Origin: Chloroflexota bacterium
GTDB taxonomy: Bacteria; Chloroflexota; Chloroflexia; QHBQ01
Reading direction: 5' to 3'
Assembly (NCBI GenBank): GCA_043754535.1
Contig: JAYUUN010000081.1
Location: 1 to 33,248, forward strand
DNA: 33,248 nt
The notes under the pieces are model-generated. The model did no database searches, had not been told where the DNA came from, and worked only from the letters and a program-made list of their open reading frames with translations. The translations under genes and the position numbers were made by a program. Position 1 is the stretch's first letter. Each line of letters opens with the position of its first letter. Positions 27,963 to 33,248 of this stretch are shown piece by piece.

Positions 27963-28223
27963 TCTTCCTTGTTCCTTCCTTCTTGTAACGGTGGATGTAG
28001 CTGTGCCGAGGCGCGATCCAGCACACAACTGCCTACCAGCCGGAGCAGACCTGCCCAGGCTGGCTGAACAACTTCTCAGCAGGTGTAAGTATACTACTTT
28101 GTAGCAGGCTTGCATAGCACCTAACGCCAGTAGTTTGGCACGAGTTTGGCGACCGCCCGCTAGCCAGCAACGGCCCACGGTTGCCAGGATGCGGGCAACC
28201 TCCAACCTTCACCAGCAGCACTG

Positions 28224-28232
28224 TGTTATAAT
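28224..28232 (+). promoter_or_regulatory. extended -10 promoter of the two-peptide operon
   Basis: TGtTATAAT about 50 nt upstream of ATG 28283. Confidence 0.6.
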
Positions 28233-28282
28233 AGCAGCAGTGGATTGGCGACCGGTATTTGGTGAGCAAAAGGAGGTTCAAG

Positions 28283-28390
28283 ATGAAGGACTCGGATGTG
28301 AACGGCATGATCATGGGACTTGGGGCTGCCATACTCATGTTCATCGCCCTGGCGTTGGTGAACCGCATTATGGGGCGCAAGGTTAACTGA
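28283..28390 (+). CDS. 35-aa single-TM small protein
   Basis: Strong SD AAGGAGG. MKDSDVNGMIMGLGAAILMFIALALVNRIMGRKVN*. Confidence 0.7.
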   Translation: MKDSDVNGMIMGLGAAILMFIALALVNRIMGRKVN

Positions 28391-28491
28391 TGAACGAGCA
28401 ACAGCAGAGCAGGGCAACTACCCTCTTTTACGCCGTGTTCTTCGCCTTCTTTCTGGCCCTGGTCAGGAAGTTCTTCAGCCGCAGCAAGTAG
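28390..28491 (+). CDS. 33-aa single-TM small protein
   Basis: TGATG stop/start overlap. MNEQQQSRATTLFYAVFFAFFLALVRKFFSRSK*. Confidence 0.65.
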   Translation: MNEQQQSRATTLFYAVFFAFFLALVRKFFSRSK

Positions 28492-28496
28492 TCCCA

Positions 28497-28529
28497 GGGG
28501 CGCACCTGCTACGCTGCGCCCCCTCTTTC
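28497..28529 (+). terminator. terminator after the small ORFs
   Basis: GGGGCGCA / TGCGCCCC stem followed by CTCTTTC. Confidence 0.6.
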
Positions 28530-28546
28530 GGCGGCGGCTCTCGGCT

Positions 28547-29053
28547 CTACCAGGCTGCTTGCAGACAACTGGCCGCCCACTCGATGGTGGCAGCCATCTT
28601 GCCCAGCAATGCCGTGCGGCTGCTACCCGTGCTGCTCACATCAATGCAGGAGAGAGGGCCGCGCAGGGTCTGCGTGCGCCCGTCGCGGCTGGTCAGTTGC
28701 AGGGTAACAATGCTGGCCGCCGCTAGTAGCGCGTCCTCGTCCGGCTGCACTGTCCCCCACAACACCAGGTCGGCCCCTACCTCGGCTGCCAGCAGGCGGG
28801 CGGCTGCTTCCTCGTTCAAGGCTGGCCCCAGGGCGATCAGCGGGTTGATCTGCTCAACCCCCCCCTTGCGTAGCTGGGCAGCCACCATCCCCGGCACCAG
28901 GTCACGCAGTTCGTAGCAGCCTCCGCCCTGCTCTGGCGCAATACATTGCAGCGCGCAGATGTAGAGGCGCACAGCGGCAGGGCGAAGGCTGGCAGCTATG
29001 TTGAGCGGGGGCTGGTTGTTGCTGATCTGGGCAAACGAGGGGTTAATTTCCAT
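28547..29053 (-). CDS. hypothetical protein
   Basis: ATG 29053 after GGAG. Has its own promoter. A..L...GADLVLWGTV resembles TolB-N/CsgG-like alpha/beta domains (weak). Confidence 0.65.
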   Translation of the reverse strand: MEINPSFAQISNNQPPLNIAASLRPAAVRLYICALQCIAPEQGGGCYELRDLVPGMVAAQLRKGGVEQINPLIALGPALNEEAAARLLAAEVGADLVLWGTVQPDEDALLAAASIVTLQLTSRDGRTQTLRGPLSCIDVSSTGSSRTALLGKMAATIEWAASCLQAAW

Positions 29054-29111
29054 GTTAGTCTCCAATATTGAGCGAGGTCAGGTGTAGCTTGCGTTTACGC
29101 AAGTTCATCCA

Positions 29112-29153
29112 ATTATAGCCTCTCCCCTGCCATTTGGCAAGTCCTACTTGCCA
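29112..29153 (-). promoter_or_regulatory. promoter with overlapping palindrome
   Basis: Minus strand TTGCCA (29140-29135), 17 bp spacer, TATAAT (29117-29112). TGGCAAGT-cct-ACTTGCCA at 29135-29153. Confidence 0.65.
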
Positions 29154-29171
29154 TACCGCAAGTGCCGAAAC

Positions 29172-29208
29172 CAAAAGTACCCCCTCTAGTATCAGAGCAG
29201 GTACTTTC
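29172..29208 (-). terminator. candidate terminator after tyrS
   Basis: AAAGTACC...CTCT / AGAG...GGTACTTT interrupted stem with T-rich tails. Confidence 0.55.
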
Positions 29209-29236
29209 TGGCTATCTAGCTCCCGTGCAAGGGGGA

Positions 29237-31273
29237 TTAGCTGCACTCGATCTTGACGAAGCGACGCTTGCCCGCCCGTACGATCAGCCCAGCTACCGGC
29301 TTGACGCTGGCATTGGGGTCACTCACCTTCTGCTCATCCAGGCTGACCCCACCTTGCTCGACCAGGCGGCGAGCCTCCTTGCGGCTGGGCGCGAGGCCAC
29401 ACTTGAGCAGCAGGTCAAGAATGTTGGTCGATTCGCAGGCTAGCTGGGCCGTGGGGATTTCATCGGGCAACCCCTTGTCTTGGAACACGGTGGCGAAGTG
29501 TTGCGCCCCGGCCTCGGCCCCCACATCGCCATGATAGAGGCGCACAATCTCGGAGGCTAGCCGCTTCTTCGCCAGCATTGGGTTCTGGCCTGCCGCGAGA
29601 TCGACCCTGATCTGCTCGATCTCAGCTAGTGGCACCTCAGTGGTAGCAACAAAGTAGTCCACGATCTGCTCGTCACTCAGGCTCATCACCTTGCCGTACA
29701 TATCAGCTGGCGCGTCGATGATGTTGATCGTGTTGCCCCAACTGCTGCTCATCTTACGCCCATCCAGACCCATGATCATCATATTAGTGATGATCTGCTG
29801 CGGGTTTTGGCCGTAAGCCTTCTGGATCACCCGCCCCGCTGTCAGGTTGAACAACTGGTCGGTGCCACCCAACTCTATGTCGGCGCGCACTGCTACGCTG
29901 TCGTAACCTTGCATCAGCGGGTAGAGGAACTCTTGCAGGCCAATCGGCTTGTCATCCTCCCACCGCTGCTTGAAGTTCTCGCGCTGGATCATCTGTGCGA
30001 CGGTGAACTGGCTAGCAAGGCCGATCAGGGCTGCGAAGTTCATCTGGCCTAGCCACTCGCTATTGAAGCGGAACTCCACCTCACCCTGATCGAGGATGCT
30101 CCTGATCTGGTCAATATAGGTCGCCATGTTCTGGCCCACCTGGGCTGCCGTCAGCATTGGGCGGGTAGCATCCTTGTCGCTGGCATCACCAAGCTGGCCG
30201 GTCACATCGCCGATGATAATCACTGCCTGGTGGCCCAGCTTCTGAAACTGGCGCAGCTTGCGGATCGCTACCGCCCGCCCGATGTGTATTTTGCTGCTGG
30301 TTGGGTCAATGCCGAGCTTGACCCGCAGTTGCCGCCCGCTCCGCAGCAGCTTTGCCAAATCCTCACGCACAATCACATCCACCACTCCCCGCGTCAGGAT
30401 ATCCTGGATCGCCACCTCATCAGTGCTGATCTTTGGGGGGGCCAGCATCTTCTCGGCCTCTGGCGGGGCGGTTGGTAGCGGTTGGCTAGCCTGGTCGCCG
30501 ATGATCTCGCTCATGTCGCTGATCAGCGGGTCTGCGAGGTCGAGGTCGTCGTCCGGCCAGGAGCAGCGGGGGTGTTGGCGGTCAAGGTGGAAGGTGCGCA
30601 CCTGCCCACCCAGTTGCTCATGCACCAGCTTCGCCAGCTCGTCAGTGGCGGCGCGCACCTGCTCCTCGTTGACCCCTAGCCAGCCGTCAATAGGGAGAAA
30701 GACGGCCACGCTGTCCTCACGTATCTTCGCTCCATTGCCCTGCCGCCAAACCCAGCGGCGGGTTCGCACCTGGTTGCTGTCGTCCACGTAGACAAACTCA
30801 CCAGCGGGCAGTTGCTCCGGCTCGCCCGGCTCGTCGTCACCGCCAAGAGGCTGAAAGAGGTCGCCCTCACGAGCGGGGCGCAGGGTGATGTCGCCGACGG
30901 TGCGATCCAGGTCGTGTGCGCCAATCGGCAGCAGGTACTTGAGAGCGACGCTGTTTGCCAGGTCTACCAGCGGGTTGATGTGGGGCAGCTTGCCTTTAAT
31001 CGCCCGGCCAGCTAGGGCCTCGATGCTGACGGGGTACTTGTTGGCGTTGATACCGAGGGCGGTGAACGCCTGCCGCCAGGCTGCAATGCCGGGGCTAGCT
31101 TGCAGGGCAGAGAGGCTGGCATACTGCGCCCGCAGATCGGTAATCGCCTGATCTAGGAGGAAGTCTATCGCCTCGTCATCGGCATAGTCCTGCCCCACCC
31201 CATGAGCGACCACCACGCCGAGGTAGAGGTTGGGGAACCGTTCAAGTACCGCCTGATCAATCGTGAAGTGCAT
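29237..31273 (-). CDS. tyrS: tyrosine--tRNA ligase with N-terminal B3/4 (PheRS-beta editing-like) domain
   Basis: ATG 31273 after GAGGT. B3/4: AWRQAF...YPVSIEAL...INPLVDLAN...GEFVYVD...RRWVWRQ. TyrRS: KLGIDPT..IHIGR, YPLMQGYD, GGTDQ, KMSSS, C-terminal S4 domain. Confidence 0.92.
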   Translation of the reverse strand: MHFTIDQAVLERFPNLYLGVVVAHGVGQDYADDEAIDFLLDQAITDLRAQYASLSALQASPGIAAWRQAFTALGINANKYPVSIEALAGRAIKGKLPHINPLVDLANSVALKYLLPIGAHDLDRTVGDITLRPAREGDLFQPLGGDDEPGEPEQLPAGEFVYVDDSNQVRTRRWVWRQGNGAKIREDSVAVFLPIDGWLGVNEEQVRAATDELAKLVHEQLGGQVRTFHLDRQHPRCSWPDDDLDLADPLISDMSEIIGDQASQPLPTAPPEAEKMLAPPKISTDEVAIQDILTRGVVDVIVREDLAKLLRSGRQLRVKLGIDPTSSKIHIGRAVAIRKLRQFQKLGHQAVIIIGDVTGQLGDASDKDATRPMLTAAQVGQNMATYIDQIRSILDQGEVEFRFNSEWLGQMNFAALIGLASQFTVAQMIQRENFKQRWEDDKPIGLQEFLYPLMQGYDSVAVRADIELGGTDQLFNLTAGRVIQKAYGQNPQQIITNMMIMGLDGRKMSSSWGNTINIIDAPADMYGKVMSLSDEQIVDYFVATTEVPLAEIEQIRVDLAAGQNPMLAKKRLASEIVRLYHGDVGAEAGAQHFATVFQDKGLPDEIPTAQLACESTNILDLLLKCGLAPSRKEARRLVEQGGVSLDEQKVSDPNASVKPVAGLIVRAGKRRFVKIECS

Positions 31274-31300
31274 TCTGCTAACCTCATCCCTTTTGGCTGC

Positions 31301-32683
31301 TAACCGCTTGCCGCTCAGTCGATTGAGTACTCGCATGACGCGGCCACTCTGCACAGCGGTCAGGTGCGCCTGCATGACAGCCAGTTGTTGGCGCAGGTTG
31401 GCGATCTCGTCCTCCAGGTTCTGCACCCGCGCCGCCCCGCTCATGGGCGAGGCCGCTTGCCCGTAATCGGGCAGGTGGGCGGCCAGCAACTCAGCGTCAC
31501 TCAGGCGGGCCTGCTCTGCACCAAAGCGTTTGAGGCGGGCAATGGCTTCGTGTTCGCGGTAGGCCAGTTCGCTACCAACCACAGGCTGGGCGGCGGTCTG
31601 CTGCCGCTTGCGCTCGGTCAGCATCTCTAGCAGGGGAAGGAACTGCTGTGACCGCGCTTCGGGCGTGTAGCGCACAAACACGTCGTCGAAGGCCGCTCTG
31701 CCGATACGCACCCGCTCCGCAGGGTCGAGCAGCCGATAGATCGCCGCCGCCCACTCGTCGTCGCCGCTGGCTAGCAGGCCGTTCTCGCCGTCGCGGATCG
31801 CTTCCCGAAAGGCGGGAGTGGGGCTGGCGATAGTGGGTACGCCGACCACCCCGGCCTCAAAATACTTCAGCTCGCTCTTTGCCATCGCGAACGGGTTGTC
31901 CAGTTCGAGGGGGGCGAGGTTGATGTCAGCCTGGGCCTGGATGCTGGGCAGTTGCCGCCAGGGAACGAAGCCGAACCGCTGCACCCGTGCTGTCCCTTCG
32001 TACTGGAACAGTGGCTCTGGCAGGCTCAGGTAGCCGCCAACCAGTAGCCTCACCTCTGGCCGCTCGCTCATCACCCGTGCCAGGGCAGGGACGACCAGAG
32101 CAAAGTCGCGGCTGTGGCTAGGCGAGCCGCTCAGGTAGCAGATGGTGATCGTAGCTGGGTCGCTGGTTGCCGCAGGCTGGGTGGCGAAAGCTGGTTGCTG
32201 CTGGGTAGCATAGATGATCTGGTCGTCGTAGAGGGCGTTGCGATTGACAAAAGCAGGCTTGCCGGTCTGCTCCGTCACCTGCGCGGCCAGGTAGGGGGTG
32301 CTGGTCAGGGCGAAGTCGCACTGGTCGAGGGTGGCGCGGTTGGCCGCGAACTGGCGCAGGTGCAGGGCGGTGTCCGCAGGCGGCATCTGGTAGAGCAGGT
32401 CGATCCGCTGGGCCAACTCTGGCAGGAATACAAGGTCATCGGTATCGTAGAGCGCAAGTTGGCCGCGATCCTGGATCACCGCCAGCATGGCGGCCACGGT
32501 CGGGGTGTAGCTGGCCCGGCAGAAGATGAAGGTGTCGTAGTCGCCCAGGTCGGCCAGCAGCAGCGGGTCGTCGGCGGAGCGCACAGCAGCGGCCACCCCT
32601 GCGAACCAGAGTTGCTCGGCCTGGTGCCAGGCGCGGTAACGCTCGGTGTCGCCGCTCCAACCAGCAATGAACAGTACCTTCAC
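31301..32683 (-). CDS. GT-B (GT4-like) glycosyltransferase with C-terminal coiled coil; in the standard code it reads through into tyrS
   Basis: GTG 32683 after GGAG. RYRAWHQAEQL, YDTDDLVF, GSPSH..D, DINLAPLE..NPF..AKSELKYFEAG..GVPTIAS. Tail VQSGRVMRVL is typical of polysaccharide-cluster proteins, then TTA at 31303-31301. Confidence 0.85.
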
Positions 32684-32687
32684 TGGC

Positions 32688-33248
32688 TCAGACTCCGATC
32701 CCGTTGTGCGGGCGATTGGCCGTCGCCTCGTCCTGCGCCAGGCTGCGGTCAAACTGGGACTGCGCCTCGGCACTAGCCTGCGCCCCGGCCAATTCCTCAC
32801 CGCTCAAGAGCAGGTCGCTGCTACTCTCAGCGTACTCTGCACTGGCTAGCTCGTGGCTGGTGGTACCATTCGTAGCCACGCCGTTGCTAGCTGGTTGGAG
32901 CAGGTCGTGCTTGCCGTTGCCGTTCAAGGCTGGCGAGGCAGCAGGCGGCCCAATGAAGTCGGCAGCCACGCCACTCGGTTCGGTGAACTCGCCGATCAGG
33001 AAGTCAAACTCGCGCTTGGTGTGCGTCTGTGGGGCTTCCTCGGTGCAATGCTGCCACGCGGCATCTACCTGGATCAGGCCATAACGTTCACCGCCCAGTT
33101 CTGGCTGCACGTCGAAGGTGTACCAGTGGTCGTGGTAGTCGAGGCAGTTGATCAGTTCGTTGTCATAGATCGAAACGGCAACATCAAAGTGGCCCTCCAG
33201 CAGCGGCAGCTTGGCGATCTTATAATCCACGTAGCCCTTACCGTGGAT
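32688..33248 (-). CDS. C-terminal part of polysaccharide ABC exporter ATPase (Wzt C-terminal domain), partial
   Basis: G.GYVDY.I..LPLLEG.FDV.VSIYD......DYHD..Y.F.V......YG resembles Wzt_C. Next to a glycosyltransferase. Confidence 0.7.
   Translation of the reverse strand: MHGKGYVDYKIAKLPLLEGHFDVAVSIYDNELINCLDYHDHWYTFDVQPELGGERYGLIQVDAAWQHCTEEAPQTHTKREFDFLIGEFTEPSGVAADFIGPPAASPALNGNGKHDLLQPASNGVATNGTTSHELASAEYAESSSDLLLSGEELAGAQASAEAQSQFDRSLAQDEATANRPHNGIGV

Noticed and set aside
29237..32800. Single 1187-aa ORF as annotated by the track
   Set aside because: The first 39 codons overlap the upstream wzt-like gene. An internal SD+ATG at 31273 and the TTA at 31303 argue for two genes.
1..33248. 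CRISPR array, tRNA, rRNA or prophage
   Set aside because: No spaced repeats, cloverleaf, rRNA or phage genes recognised.

Overview
A GC-rich chromosomal window from what looks like a Chloroflexota bacterium, judged by the gyrA N-terminus, an FMN-riboswitch/ribXY module and mfd/mutS2 style. Contents: 5' part of gyrA, two hypothetical envelope genes, a RidA gene with a premature TGA, mfd, a Zn-ribbon/TPR gene, cvpA-mutS2, a decayed ISAs1 element, a MalK/MsmX ATPase, two GT-C glycosyltransferases, fmt, an RsbW/RsbV-like pair, ribXY, two lipoproteins, a two-peptide mini-operon, and the end of a wzt - glycosyltransferase - tyrS operon. Main observation: in a manual scan of about 9,600 codons in 24 genes, the Leu codon TTA never occurs inside a protein. 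It occurs in frame only three times, each where the protein should end (fmt, ribY, and the glycosyltransferase before tyrS). This points to UUA acting as a termination or unassigned codon, i.e. a possible non-standard bacterial genetic code. Also notable are a natural B3/4 editing domain-TyrRS fusion with HIGR/KMSSS motifs and a gyrA whose body looks alphaproteobacterial (probable assembly chimera). All calls were made by eye, with no database searches.
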